From Singulisphaera sp. GP187 (GTDB taxonomy: Bacteria; Planctomycetota; Phycisphaerae; Phycisphaerales; SM1A02): 56,810 nt of DNA. The stretch lies in contig CAMDAQ010000001.1 of assembly GCA_945888705.1 (NCBI GenBank), forward strand, positions 1 to 56,810, given 5' to 3'. The notes below the pieces were generated by a model, which saw only the letters and a list, made by a program, of their open reading frames with translations, ran no database searches and had not been told where the DNA came from. Positions 43,358 to 53,005 of the stretch are shown here, in pieces (position 1 is the stretch's first letter; each line of letters starts with the position of its first letter). The translations under genes were made by a program, and so were the position numbers.

Positions 43358-46300
43358 ATGAACCTGACATCGATCCTGACAGCCATCGTTGCCCTCACGC
43401 CCCCTGACTGCAACGCCAATGGTGTCGCCGACTGGCAGGACATCGCATCCGCCACCTCAACCGATGCCGGCAATGACGGGGTACCCGACGAGTGCCAGGA
43501 CTGCACCGACGGTGATGGCAATGGGATGCCGGACTCTCTCGAGCAGGGTGCCGGCTTGATCGGGCAGTACTGGAACGATGCGATCGGCACGAACGGCACC
43601 TTTCGGCAGCGCGTCCTCGTGCGCATCGATCCCAATGTGAACTTCGACTGGTTCGGGGGCTCTCCCGACCCCTCGCTGCCGGCCGACCGGTTTTCCGTTC
43701 GTTGGACCGGCACGATGACGGCGCCGACCACCGGTCCTTGCACCTTCTACTCGCGCAGCGACGACGGGTTCCGGCTCTGGATCGATGGCATGCCCATCAT
43801 CGACGCGTGGGTCGCCCAAAGCGGGACGCTCTGGTACTCGGGAACCGTCGACCTCGTCGCAGGCCAACGCTACGCCTTCCGCGCTGACTACTACGAGGGT
43901 GGAGGCCAGGCGAAGGCGTACCTCGAGTGGCAGCCGAGCGGCCTGCCCCGTGCCGTCGTGCCAACCTCGGTGTTCCGTGCGATGACTGACCTCGACGGCG
44001 ATGGAGTGCCCGACCTTGCGCGTGATTGCGATGGCGACGGGATCTCCGACGGCACCGAACTCGAGGCTGGAACTGCGTTCGACTGCAACGAAAACTGTCT
44101 CGTGGACGACTGTGAGCCGGAGGTGGCGGTGGTGTCGGGCTACTGGCGGTTCGAGGAGGATGGACAAGCAGTCGCGGACAGCGGTCCGTTCGGTCTCTCC
44201 GGCACGGGATCTGCACTCGCGCGGGGAGCCGCGGTGGCGGTCGGCGTTGTGCCCGCGACGGCGCAAGCGAATCTTCGGAGCACGCTGATCGCGCCTCCGA
44301 CGGGTTCGACAGGACAGGCGGTGGTGCAGGATCCGCAGGGGCGCTTGGCGTCATCCGGAGAGAGTTTCACGGTCGAGGCGTGGGTCAAGCTGGATTCGCT
44401 CGCCAACGGGTCCACGGCCGAGGAACGCCAGGTGCTCGTGCAGCGCAAGCCGACCAATCTCGGCGATCGATCGGCGGATTACATCTTCTGCGTGCAGGCG
44501 GGGGACTACCCCCAGCAGGGCATCCAGAACTTTGGCAGCAGCGGCAGTCGGAACATCACCATGCTGTTCGGCAATGGCGGCGCCGCCAACGCCAGCTTCT
44601 GGACCGTCACGAGCGATCTCACGATCAGCGACAACCAGTGGCACTACGTCGCTGCGATCGTCGACGCCGACCGCAGCGAAGTGACCTTCATCGTTGACCA
44701 GCGCATCGACGTCGTGACCTTCCTCAGCCTCGGTCGGGTCATCGTCGATGCCCCGCTCGTCATAGGCGCGCACACCAACACCGCCGGCCAGTTCAACCAA
44801 CGCCTGCGCGGCAGCGTCGATGAGCTTCGCATCTGCAGCGGCACGGTGCCGGTCGCGGCGTTGCTGCAGCGGGCCGGCACAAGCGATTGCAATTCATCCG
44901 GCCAGCCGGACAGCTGCGACATCCAGCAGGGTGCCATCGACTGCGACGTGAACGGGGTGCCCGACGATTGCCAGTTCGACTGTGATCGCAATGGACTTGC
45001 CGATGTCTGCGACCTTGCCAACGGCGAAGCCGACTGCAACGCGGACGGCCTGCTCGACTCCTGCCAGATCGCCGGCAACGACTGTGACGGCGATGGCGTG
45101 CTCGATTCATGCCAGCTTGCCCAGGGTGACTGCAACGACAATGGCGAGCTCGATTCGTGCGAAGTGGCGAGCGATCCGTCGGCCGACTGCGACGGCAGCG
45201 GCACGCCCGACGTCTGCCAGATCGAGGAAGAGACCATCTATCGCACGAGTGACTCCTCCCCCGAGTTCGGCATCCGCGCGCTCGGCGACCATATGGCGTG
45301 GCTCACGAGCCATCGGGTCGTCGGCGGCGCGGGGCTGATCGAGGCCGTGGAGGCCATGTTCGTCTTCCTTCCCGAGGACCATCCGGTCAAGGTGTGCCTG
45401 TGGTCCGATCCGAACAACGACGGCGAACCAAGCGATGCCCAGCTCCTCGCATCGGTCGACGACGTCGCCGCTCCGCTCACCCTCCTGCGCCGGTTCGACA
45501 TTCCGGACACCGAGATCGGTGCGGATGGCACCTCGTTCTTCGTGGGCGCGATCGTCACGACCGACTCCATCTCAACGCTCTTCCCTGGCCCGCTCGACAG
45601 CAGCGGAAACGCGCTCAACCGTCGCTCCTGGATCGTGGGCAGCGACTCGCCGATCGATCCGAACAACCTTTCGGCGAACGCCGCCGAGTTCAGCACGGTT
45701 GAGGTGGCACTGCCGTTCCCCGGCAAGTGGCTGCTTGGTGCGGTCGCTGTCGCACGCAACGGCGATTGCAATGACAACCAAGTGCTCGATGGATGCGACA
45801 TCACGGCCGGCACGAGCAGTGACGCTGACCAATCGGGTCGGCCGGATGAATGCGAGGACTGCAACTCCAACGGCACGCTCGATTCAATCGACATCGCGTC
45901 CGGCGCGAGCCTTGACTGCCAGAGGGACCTCGTGCCTGACGAATGCCAGGCGAGCGGGCTCGGCGAGGATTGCAACCTCGACTTGGTGCCCGATGCCTGC
46001 CAGCTCGAGGGCAACGATTGCAACACCAATGCCGTGCTCGACTCCTGCGACATCGCCCAAGCGACCAGCCCCGACCTCGATGGATCAGGGATCCCTGACG
46101 AGTGCGAGGATTGCAATGACAACGGTGCCCTTGACAGCGCTGACGTCGCCACCGGATTCAGCCCCGATTGCCAGCCTGACGGCATCCCGGACGAGTGCCA
46201 GCTCGGAACGCCGCCGACGGCCGTGCAGTATCGCGTGGACGACGGAACCCGCGAGGGCAACTACGGCGTCTCGGGCCGGTCCGACATGGTCTGGCTGAAT

Positions 46301-47005
46301 GCCTTCACCGTCGAACCCGGGGGCGAGTGGATCGGCAGCGTGTCGGTGGTCATCGGCAACGGGTTTGCGGGCAGCCCCTACGAGGTGCTGGTCTGGAGCG
46401 ATCCCAATGGTGACGGCATCCCTGCGGATGCGCAGGTCCTGACCCGAGCGCCGGCGCGAGTGCGCGATGGCAACACAAGCATCTTCAACGATGCCACCAT
46501 CGACCCCACCTACATCGGCCCGGTCGGCACGCGGTTCTTTGCCGGGGTGCGGTACCAGGATCCCTACGGGAACCAGGCCGTGATCCCCGCAGATCTCGGC
46601 GGCCCGCTCAACCGGAGCTGGATTGCGGTGGGGCAGATCGACACGGTCGACGTCAACAACCTGTCCGCCGCACCGGTCTATGGCTACCTGACGCAGGCGA
46701 ACACGTTGCTGCGGGCCAATGGCTTCGACGGCGTGCTGCCGTTCGACTGCAACCGCAATCAGGTGCCCGACGCGTGCGATCTTGCGAGCGGCCAAGGCAC
46801 CGATGGCAACGGCGACGGGATCCCGGACCAGTGCCAGGGATGTCGTGCCGACCTGAACGGCAATGGCGAGGTCGATGGCGCTGACCTCGGGATCATTCTC
46901 GTGAATTGGGGCGGCTCCTCTGGGCTCGCCGACCTGAACGGCGATGGCACGATCGATGGTGCCGACCTCGGCATCATCCTGGTGTCGTGGGGCCCGTGCA
47001 TCTGA
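43358..47005 (+). CDS. Giant secreted protein (1215 aa): PA14, LamG-like, tandem Cys-bracketed Ca-loop arrays, two copies of an unknown ~170-aa domain, C-terminal double dockerin-like module
   Basis: PA14: GLIGQYW...FSVRWTGTM...SDDGFRLWIDG. LamG-like: SFTVEAWVKLDS...QWHYVAAIVD...LVIGAH...VDELRICSG. Cys arrays at 44885-45231 and 45758-46207. Tail: DLNGNGEVDGADLGIILVNWG...DLNGDGTIDGADLGIILVSWGPCI. The N-terminus MNLTSILTAIVALTPPDC is a weak signal peptide. Confidence 0.85.
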   Translation: MNLTSILTAIVALTPPDCNANGVADWQDIASATSTDAGNDGVPDECQDCTDGDGNGMPDSLEQGAGLIGQYWNDAIGTNGTFRQRVLVRIDPNVNFDWFGGSPDPSLPADRFSVRWTGTMTAPTTGPCTFYSRSDDGFRLWIDGMPIIDAWVAQSGTLWYSGTVDLVAGQRYAFRADYYEGGGQAKAYLEWQPSGLPRAVVPTSVFRAMTDLDGDGVPDLARDCDGDGISDGTELEAGTAFDCNENCLVDDCEPEVAVVSGYWRFEEDGQAVADSGPFGLSGTGSALARGAAVAVGVVPATAQANLRSTLIAPPTGSTGQAVVQDPQGRLASSGESFTVEAWVKLDSLANGSTAEERQVLVQRKPTNLGDRSADYIFCVQAGDYPQQGIQNFGSSGSRNITMLFGNGGAANASFWTVTSDLTISDNQWHYVAAIVDADRSEVTFIVDQRIDVVTFLSLGRVIVDAPLVIGAHTNTAGQFNQRLRGSVDELRICSGTVPVAALLQRAGTSDCNSSGQPDSCDIQQGAIDCDVNGVPDDCQFDCDRNGLADVCDLANGEADCNADGLLDSCQIAGNDCDGDGVLDSCQLAQGDCNDNGELDSCEVASDPSADCDGSGTPDVCQIEEETIYRTSDSSPEFGIRALGDHMAWLTSHRVVGGAGLIEAVEAMFVFLPEDHPVKVCLWSDPNNDGEPSDAQLLASVDDVAAPLTLLRRFDIPDTEIGADGTSFFVGAIVTTDSISTLFPGPLDSSGNALNRRSWIVGSDSPIDPNNLSANAAEFSTVEVALPFPGKWLLGAVAVARNGDCNDNQVLDGCDITAGTSSDADQSGRPDECEDCNSNGTLDSIDIASGASLDCQRDLVPDECQASGLGEDCNLDLVPDACQLEGNDCNTNAVLDSCDIAQATSPDLDGSGIPDECEDCNDNGALDSADVATGFSPDCQPDGIPDECQLGTPPTAVQYRVDDGTREGNYGVSGRSDMVWLNAFTVEPGGEWIGSVSVVIGNGFAGSPYEVLVWSDPNGDGIPADAQVLTRAPARVRDGNTSIFNDATIDPTYIGPVGTRFFAGVRYQDPYGNQAVIPADLGGPLNRSWIAVGQIDTVDVNNLSAAPVYGYLTQANTLLRANGFDGVLPFDCNRNQVPDACDLASGQGTDGNGDGIPDQCQGCRADLNGNGEVDGADLGIILVNWGGSSGLADLNGDGTIDGADLGIILVSWGPCI

Positions 47006-47059
47006 CCAGGCGGCACGGTTCGATGGCTGGGCCGTCGCCAACTCGGTCGTGAGCCAGGA

Positions 47060-47464
47060 TCAGCAACCACCCCACGCCAGATCGGCTGGGACAGGCAGGA
47101 GTCTCCCGGATCGGTCGATGCACGCCAACGTCGTGGCGCCCTCGACCAGCAGTGCACCGTCGCGCATGACGCGGTAGCGGTGCTCGATCTTCACGGGGCC
47201 GCTGGTCATAAGGTCGCAGCGCACGGTGACCACGTCGTCGTAGCGCGCGGGCGCGCGGTAGCGGGCCTCGAGCTTGACGACGGCAAGCAGCAGCCCGGCT
47301 TCTTCCATCGCGCGGTAGCTGCCACCCTTGGATCGAAGCAGTTCGGTGCGCGCCATCTCGAACCAGACTGGATAGACCGTGTGGTGCACGACGCCCATGG
47401 GATCGCATTCCACGTAGCGCACGCGGACCGGAAGGTCGATGGATGCCATCGGCACCGTGCTCAT
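47060..47464 (-). CDS. Acyl-CoA thioesterase, 4HBT/YbgC family
   Basis: LPVRVRYVECDPMGVVHHTVYPVWFEMARTELLR...LAVVKLEARYRAPARYDDVVTVRC is a hotdog-fold YbgC-like sequence. The start at MSTVPMASID makes an ATGA overlap with the upstream stop. The rest of the 593-aa ORF-track ORF is spurious. Confidence 0.85.
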   Translation of the reverse strand: MSTVPMASIDLPVRVRYVECDPMGVVHHTVYPVWFEMARTELLRSKGGSYRAMEEAGLLLAVVKLEARYRAPARYDDVVTVRCDLMTSGPVKIEHRYRVMRDGALLVEGATTLACIDRSGRLLPVPADLAWGGC

Positions 47465-48330
47465 GCGGGTCCCAGCACGGCCATGCGCATGCCGCTGTCG
47501 TCTGGGCTCGTGAACATGAGGGCGCGGCCGTTGCGCGCCAGTTCCATGGAGCTTGGATCGGCCCACGACAGTGGAATCGCACCACTGCGCAGGCAGAACT
47601 CGCTGGGATCGAAGGACTGCAGGGCAGGCAGGCCGATCTGCGCGGCCAGGTAACCGTGGTAGGCGGCCGTGCGTGCGCGAACATCCTCGCGCATCAGGTG
47701 ATGGGCCAGCCCGAACTCGATCACGGCTCGGTTGGAGGGATTGAAGGTGAGTGCCGCTCGCAGCAAGGCGGCGAAGCGGTTGGGGTCGAGGTAGTACGCA
47801 AGGCCCTCGGCGACCCACAGGGTCGGTTGATCCGCGCGCCAGCCGTTCGCTCGAAGTCCCGAAAGAAGCGTGCCGAGGTTCGACAGGTCGGCCTCGATCA
47901 TCCGCATGCGGTTGGCAGCGACCGGGAAGAGCTGTTGCACGAGCGCTTCCTTGTCGCGCTGATGGTGCAGGTCGACCTCCCAGATGCGGGCATCGATGAA
48001 CTGATGTGCCCAGTCGATGCCCATCGCGCTCCAGCCCGCACCGAGCACCACGACCTGGCGACCTACTGCGGGCGCGTTGACGGCGATGGCATTCATCCAC
48101 GTCCAGAGCTGCCACTTGCGCAGCACGAAATGCATGCGCGCATGCGGCCACTGCTCGGCGACGTGGTCGGCCATCTCGCGGCCAGCCTGCGTATCGAGCC
48201 GCTTGACGTAGGTGCGGCCTGCGTCGGTGTGTGCTGCCTCCTCGCCCGTGAGGCGCATGACCATGGCAGCGGTCACGCCTACGTGCAGGCGCTGCAGCGA
48301 TCCTTCGGAGGCATCGGGAACCGGATCCAC
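47461..48330 (-). CDS. SAM-dependent methyltransferase, leucine carboxyl methyltransferase (LCM)-like family
   Basis: VVVLGAGWSAMG...EVDLHHQRDKEAL...TLWVAEGLAYYL has the layout typical of LCM / putative polyketide O-methyltransferase family proteins. Confidence 0.7.
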   Translation of the reverse strand: MDPVPDASEGSLQRLHVGVTAAMVMRLTGEEAAHTDAGRTYVKRLDTQAGREMADHVAEQWPHARMHFVLRKWQLWTWMNAIAVNAPAVGRQVVVLGAGWSAMGIDWAHQFIDARIWEVDLHHQRDKEALVQQLFPVAANRMRMIEADLSNLGTLLSGLRANGWRADQPTLWVAEGLAYYLDPNRFAALLRAALTFNPSNRAVIEFGLAHHLMREDVRARTAAYHGYLAAQIGLPALQSFDPSEFCLRSGAIPLSWADPSSMELARNGRALMFTSPDDSGMRMAVLGPA

Positions 48331-48377
48331 GCGCCGATGGTACGGCTCGAGCGCGTGGCCGCGGTACGCTCCCGCGC

Positions 48378-49025
48378 ATGCGCACGATCTCCTCGATCAT
48401 CCTCGCTTCCTTCACGGTGCCCGTCGTCACGGTCCTTGCGGTGCAGGCACCGCCGGCTGCGGCTCCTGCAGCACCCGAGGCGGCTCCGACGAAGGCCAGC
48501 GAGGCGTCGAAGCCCGCCGATGGCACCGGCTCGCCCAAGGATGCCGCCAAGGCCGAGTTCACCGTGAAGAGCCCGGCGTTCAAGAACAACGAGCGCCTTC
48601 CCGTCGAGTACTCGACCGACGGCGAGAACGTCTCGCCCGCCATCCAGTGGGAAGGCACGCCCGCGGGCACGAAGTCCTTCGCGCTCATCTGCCACGATCC
48701 CGATGCCGGCCAGTTCATCCACTGGATCTCCTGGAACATCCCGGCTGACTGCAGGGGCCTGCCACGCGGAGTCAAGCGCGCCGCCACGCTCGACGATCCC
48801 AAGGGCATGCGCCAGGGCTTCACCGGCTGGGGCAAGTCCAAGGGCGAGGGCTACCTCGGGCCTGCGCCGGGCAAGGGTTCGGGCGATCACCACTACACCT
48901 TCACGGTGGTGGCGCTTGATGTCGATTTCCCCGCGGACAAGGTCTTCACCGCGCGCGAACTCCGCTCGGCGATGAAGGGACACGTCCTCGGCAAGGCCGA
49001 GCTCGTCGGCGTCTTCAGTCGCTGA
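48378..49025 (+). CDS. Secreted YbhB/YbcL-family PEBP (Raf-kinase-inhibitor-like) protein
   Basis: Signal peptide plus an Ala/Pro-rich linker, then PVEYSTDGENVSPAIQWEGTPAGTKSFALICHDPDA...HWISWNIP...GYLGPAPGKGSGDHHYTFTVVALD. Confidence 0.9.
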   Translation: MRTISSIILASFTVPVVTVLAVQAPPAAAPAAPEAAPTKASEASKPADGTGSPKDAAKAEFTVKSPAFKNNERLPVEYSTDGENVSPAIQWEGTPAGTKSFALICHDPDAGQFIHWISWNIPADCRGLPRGVKRAATLDDPKGMRQGFTGWGKSKGEGYLGPAPGKGSGDHHYTFTVVALDVDFPADKVFTARELRSAMKGHVLGKAELVGVFSR

Positions 49026-49129
49026 GCGACGGCGTCGCGCATGCTCACTCCATGACGCATGCGATGTCGGGTCGATGGATCACGCAGGACCCTGCACCGC
49101 CCACCGAGGCCAAGTGCCCGGGTGCGGCG

Positions 49130-50197
49130 TCAGGGCGCGCCGGCAGGCGAGATCACCGTGGGCTGCGTGCCGGGAGCGGGCTGTTGCGCGCTCTCCGGTG
49201 ACGGCGGCGGCGGGAAGAGGATCGCCGTCAGGCTGGTCGCGCGCCACGAAGGCAGTTTGAACTCGAAGCCTGCGCAGCGGGCTCCGGCCTTGTCCAGCGC
49301 CGTGACGCGGTCGCGCTCGACCTCCTCGGTCGGCTCGGGCTGGTCGGCCACGCGTTCGACGTTGACGTTCAGCCACAGGTCATTGCCGTCCTTGGCGATG
49401 TCAAGGTCGATCGCGCGCGAGCGGGAGAGCACTCGGATCAAGCGATGTTCCGGGTACTCCTTCGCGGCACGGACATCATCGATCTCGAGGCGCGAGAGCA
49501 GTTCGGGAATGGTGCGCTGTGCGCTCTCGCGCTGCGTCTCGAGCAGCGTGGCCGCGGGCTCGACCTGTGCGGCGGTCCAAGCGCCGGCATCACCGCGCGT
49601 GAACTCGACGCCACCGACCGTGAATCGATCCAGATCGCCGCTGGGCAGCGTCATGAGCTGGCGATCGATGTAGTTCACGAGCTCCAGAGTGCTGCGGAAC
49701 GTGCCCGAGCACTTCCATGCCTGCGATTCACCCAGGAGCCGCGCGAACTGCGCCTCGGGGCTGAAGCGCTCCTTGCCGATCACGACTTCGGCGATCGGTG
49801 CCTCGCCCGCCAGCACGCGCACGAGCTTGGCCGCACCCTGGTCATCGGGCCACGCCAGGCTCAGCTCCCCCAGCCGCTCCTTCACGCTCGTCATGGCTTC
49901 GACCTTCTCAAGGCTGGCGAGTGCAGCGAGGATCTCGTTCACGCGCACGGTCTCGGCGCGGAAGCCGCCGGCGTCGGGCAGCACCCAGGCCTCACCGTCC
50001 TTGCGCAGGCGGAGGGTCTTCGCGCCCTGAGCCAGTTCGATCGTCGAGATCTCCTTGGCGCGCGGGGCAAGCGTGGCCAGGAGCGCCTCACGCTTGCCGC
50101 TGGGTGATTCGCCGGTCTCGGCGGTGGGCTTCACGAGGATCGCCACGACGACGAGTGCCGCCGCGACCATGCTGATGGCAAGGATCGGTCGCTTCAT
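49130..50197 (-). CDS. DUF4340-like protein (accessory to the GldG-type ABC system)
   Basis: N-terminal anchor MKRPILAISMVAAALVVVAILV. Its position directly after the GldG-like gene (3-nt gap) and its size match the DUF4340 proteins that usually occupy this slot. Confidence 0.65.
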   Translation of the reverse strand: MKRPILAISMVAAALVVVAILVKPTAETGESPSGKREALLATLAPRAKEISTIELAQGAKTLRLRKDGEAWVLPDAGGFRAETVRVNEILAALASLEKVEAMTSVKERLGELSLAWPDDQGAAKLVRVLAGEAPIAEVVIGKERFSPEAQFARLLGESQAWKCSGTFRSTLELVNYIDRQLMTLPSGDLDRFTVGGVEFTRGDAGAWTAAQVEPAATLLETQRESAQRTIPELLSRLEIDDVRAAKEYPEHRLIRVLSRSRAIDLDIAKDGNDLWLNVNVERVADQPEPTEEVERDRVTALDKAGARCAGFEFKLPSWRATSLTAILFPPPPSPESAQQPAPGTQPTVISPAGAP

Positions 50198-50200
50198 GGG

Positions 50201-52267
50201 TCAGGCCTTCTTGGTGCTTCGGTGCAGGTGCGAACGTCGGGCGAGCATGATGGCAGCAAGCCCCGCCACGACGAGCGGCCACGCCACCACGTTGACCAGC
50301 ATCAGACGGGTGCCCAGGCCCTCGTATTCGCGGCGCAGGTTGAACTGCACCGAACGCAGTTCCTTGCGTGCGGCCAGCGTCTGCTCCTCGAGCTTGACGA
50401 CCTCGGCTTCCTGCTCTGGCGACAGGATCAACTGATTCTCCGGAGTCTTCTGGGCCTGCAGCTCGGTGAGCCGTGCTTCGGACTGCCGGATCTGGTTCTG
50501 CAGCTCGCGCTCGCGGTCGAGGTACTGCTTCTCGGCCGCCTTGCGGATCTCCTCCACACGATCGTATGGGCGCTGGTACTTGCCGCGTGCGCGCAGGTTC
50601 AGGAGCGCCTCGTCGCCGGTGAACATCTCGAGCACGTTCAGCACGAACGCGCCGTTGTCCGCCATCACGCGCGAGCCAAGCACGAGGTTGCCCATGCGTT
50701 GCTGCTCGATCCAGTTCTGGTCCGAGAGCAGGTCGGCATCGGCCACGATGACGATGTTGCCGGCGCCCGTGCGCGGAGCCTTGGCGGGTGATGGCGGATT
50801 CGATGCCGACGCTGGCCCCGTCGGGGCTTGCTCCGGTGCCGGTGAAGGCTGAGCAGGGGCAGGTGCGGCGGTGGTCGGCGCCACGGGCGCCGGATCCTGG
50901 AACGGCCCCTTGCCCGGCGCCGCCGGGATCTCGCTTCCATCCGGTGCAAGCATCACGGGCTTGCTCGACTCGGGCGGAGCGATGGTCGGGTTGCCGGCCT
51001 CGTCGTATGCCGCCTCGATCGGTCCCTGCACGCGCACCGCGAGCACGTTGCGCTTGCCCTCGGGCTTGAAGTCGCGCATCAAGCCTTCCGGGTCGGGGAA
51101 GAACTGGATCCGCACCCCGTCCAGCCGCATCGATTCGGCGCTCGACTCGATCAGCGGCTTCACGGCGGCCTTGTTCGACTCACGGATGTCGATCGCCCCC
51201 ATGGTCTGTGAGTTGACCTGTGACAGTCGACCCGTGCTGGGATCGTCCTTGGCCAGCGCGTCTTCTCGCAGGGCGAGCCAGATCAGGTAGTCCATGACCT
51301 GCACGGGGCCTTGGCTGCGCACGCGCACACGCTGCGCGTAGGTCGAATCAGCCACGACCTTGCTGCGCGTCCACTCGATGCCCCAGGCCCGCGTGAGCGG
51401 GCCCAGATCGCTCGACTTGTCGCCCGAGCCGCCGCTGAAGCGATCCTCGGAGGGCTGCGCTTCGCAGTGCGGATCGAGGAACGCCAGGATGCGACCACCC
51501 TTCAGCGCGTAGGAGTCGATCGAGCGCAACAGGTCCGTCGAGAGTTCGCGCGGATGCACGATGACGAGTGCGTCGAGGCCCTCCGGCAGCGCCGAGTCGG
51601 TCGTGGCGATGTCCTTGACCTGATAGAGCTGCTTGAGCTGCAGGTAGATCTGCCAGGGTTCGGCTGGCTGCCGCGGGTCGGCGGGGTTCACGCCGCCGCC
51701 GGCGAGCGGCAGCGAGGACAGCAGCCCGATCGTCGGCTTCTTCAGCTTGCCGATCGACTGCACGAGCCGCATCACGTCGTACTCGAGGAATGGCTCCTTG
51801 TTCGGATCGAGGAACGGCATCGCCTCGGCTTGGTCCACGGAGTTCTTCGCGACCAGACCGAGCATCAGCTCCTTGCCCGAGCCATCAAGACGCAGCGGCG
51901 CGATGCCCGCGGCGCGCGCCTCGTCCTGCGCCTCGCTGAAGGGAGCGGGATCGATCACGCGCAGCGTGATGCGGCCCTTGCTCGCTTGCGCCACTTCCTG
52001 CAGGAACTCGCGCACGCGGTTGGCGTAGGACTGGATCTGCGGCATGCCTTGCGCCGCCTCGGCCGAGTAGTAGAAGTCGAGCTTCACGGGCTCGTCGAGC
52101 CGCTGCACAAGCGGCACCACGGCGGGGGAGAGCGAGTAGAGGCGATCCTCGGTCAGGTCCAGGCGCAGGCCGCGGACCGCATAGGTGCTGGCCACGGCAA
52201 AGGCGCACAGCGCCACCGTCACGCCTGCGAAGGCACCGATGATCCCGATCGTTCGTGCGTTGGTCAT
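50201..52267 (-). CDS. GldG-like ABC-transport auxiliary component
   Basis: N-terminal TM segment, then LDLTEDRLYSLSPAVVPLVQRLDEPVKLDFYYS, which is typical of the ABC_transp_aux/GldG family. A C-terminal TM anchor is present. An internal Pro/Ala-rich insert is also present. Confidence 0.8.
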   Translation of the reverse strand: MTNARTIGIIGAFAGVTVALCAFAVASTYAVRGLRLDLTEDRLYSLSPAVVPLVQRLDEPVKLDFYYSAEAAQGMPQIQSYANRVREFLQEVAQASKGRITLRVIDPAPFSEAQDEARAAGIAPLRLDGSGKELMLGLVAKNSVDQAEAMPFLDPNKEPFLEYDVMRLVQSIGKLKKPTIGLLSSLPLAGGGVNPADPRQPAEPWQIYLQLKQLYQVKDIATTDSALPEGLDALVIVHPRELSTDLLRSIDSYALKGGRILAFLDPHCEAQPSEDRFSGGSGDKSSDLGPLTRAWGIEWTRSKVVADSTYAQRVRVRSQGPVQVMDYLIWLALREDALAKDDPSTGRLSQVNSQTMGAIDIRESNKAAVKPLIESSAESMRLDGVRIQFFPDPEGLMRDFKPEGKRNVLAVRVQGPIEAAYDEAGNPTIAPPESSKPVMLAPDGSEIPAAPGKGPFQDPAPVAPTTAAPAPAQPSPAPEQAPTGPASASNPPSPAKAPRTGAGNIVIVADADLLSDQNWIEQQRMGNLVLGSRVMADNGAFVLNVLEMFTGDEALLNLRARGKYQRPYDRVEEIRKAAEKQYLDRERELQNQIRQSEARLTELQAQKTPENQLILSPEQEAEVVKLEEQTLAARKELRSVQFNLRREYEGLGTRLMLVNVVAWPLVVAGLAAIMLARRSHLHRSTKKA

Positions 52268-52270
52268 GGC

Positions 52271-53005
52271 TCAGTCCGCCTTCTTCCACTCGATGAGCAG
52301 GATGTTCAGCCACAGGAACGCGGCCACCACGGCCGCAAAGAAGAGCACATCGCGCAGGTCGATGACCCCGCGCTCCATCGGCTCGAAGTGCGTGAGCAGG
52401 CTCACGCTGGCGACCGCCTCAGCCACGCCGGGGCTGGCCCAGCCGCCAAGGAAGTCAAGCACGACCGGATAGCCGGCCATGAGCAGCAGGAAGCAGACCA
52501 CCGCGCAGAGCACGAAGGCCACGACCTGGTTCTTGGTGACCGCGCTGAGTGCGCTGCCGATCGCCAGGAACGCGCCGGCCATGAGCGCGCTGCCCACATA
52601 GCCCGCCAGGATCGCACCGCGATCGGGTTCGCCGAGGTATTCGACCGTCAGCCAGATCGGCACGGTGAGCGCAAGCGCCACGCACGCGAACGCCCACGCC
52701 GCCAGCCACTTGCCCACGACCAGGTCGCGGATCGAGATCGGCAGCGTCGTCACCAGCTCGATCGTGCCGATGCGGCGCTCTTCGGCCCAGAGCCGCATGC
52801 TGATCGCGGGCACCAGGAACAGGAAGAGCCAGGGATTGAAGTCGAAGAAGGGCCGCAGGTCGGCCTGGCCGCGCTCGTAGAGCTGGCCCACGTTGAAGGT
52901 GAAGATGCCCGTCAGGAACAGGAACATCACCAGGAAGACCGCTGCGAGCGGCGTGTTGAAGTACGCCGTGAACTCGCGGCGGACGATCGGTGCGAGGCGG
53001 CTCAT
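52271..53005 (-). CDS. ABC-2 type transporter permease (GldF-like)
   Basis: VRREFTAYFNTPLAAVFLVMFLFLTGIFTF...WAEERRIGTIELVTTLPIS... is the six-TM ABC-2 pattern. ATGA overlap with the ATPase stop. Confidence 0.85.
   Translation of the reverse strand: MSRLAPIVRREFTAYFNTPLAAVFLVMFLFLTGIFTFNVGQLYERGQADLRPFFDFNPWLFLFLVPAISMRLWAEERRIGTIELVTTLPISIRDLVVGKWLAAWAFACVALALTVPIWLTVEYLGEPDRGAILAGYVGSALMAGAFLAIGSALSAVTKNQVVAFVLCAVVCFLLLMAGYPVVLDFLGGWASPGVAEAVASVSLLTHFEPMERGVIDLRDVLFFAAVVAAFLWLNILLIEWKKAD

Noticed and set aside
47465-48841. N-terminal 459 aa of the 593-aa minus-strand ORF (47060-48841)
   Set aside because: Only the C-terminal 134 aa (4HBT thioesterase) is recognisable. The rest overlaps the LCM-type methyltransferase (a different frame on the same strand) and the PEBP gene (antisense).
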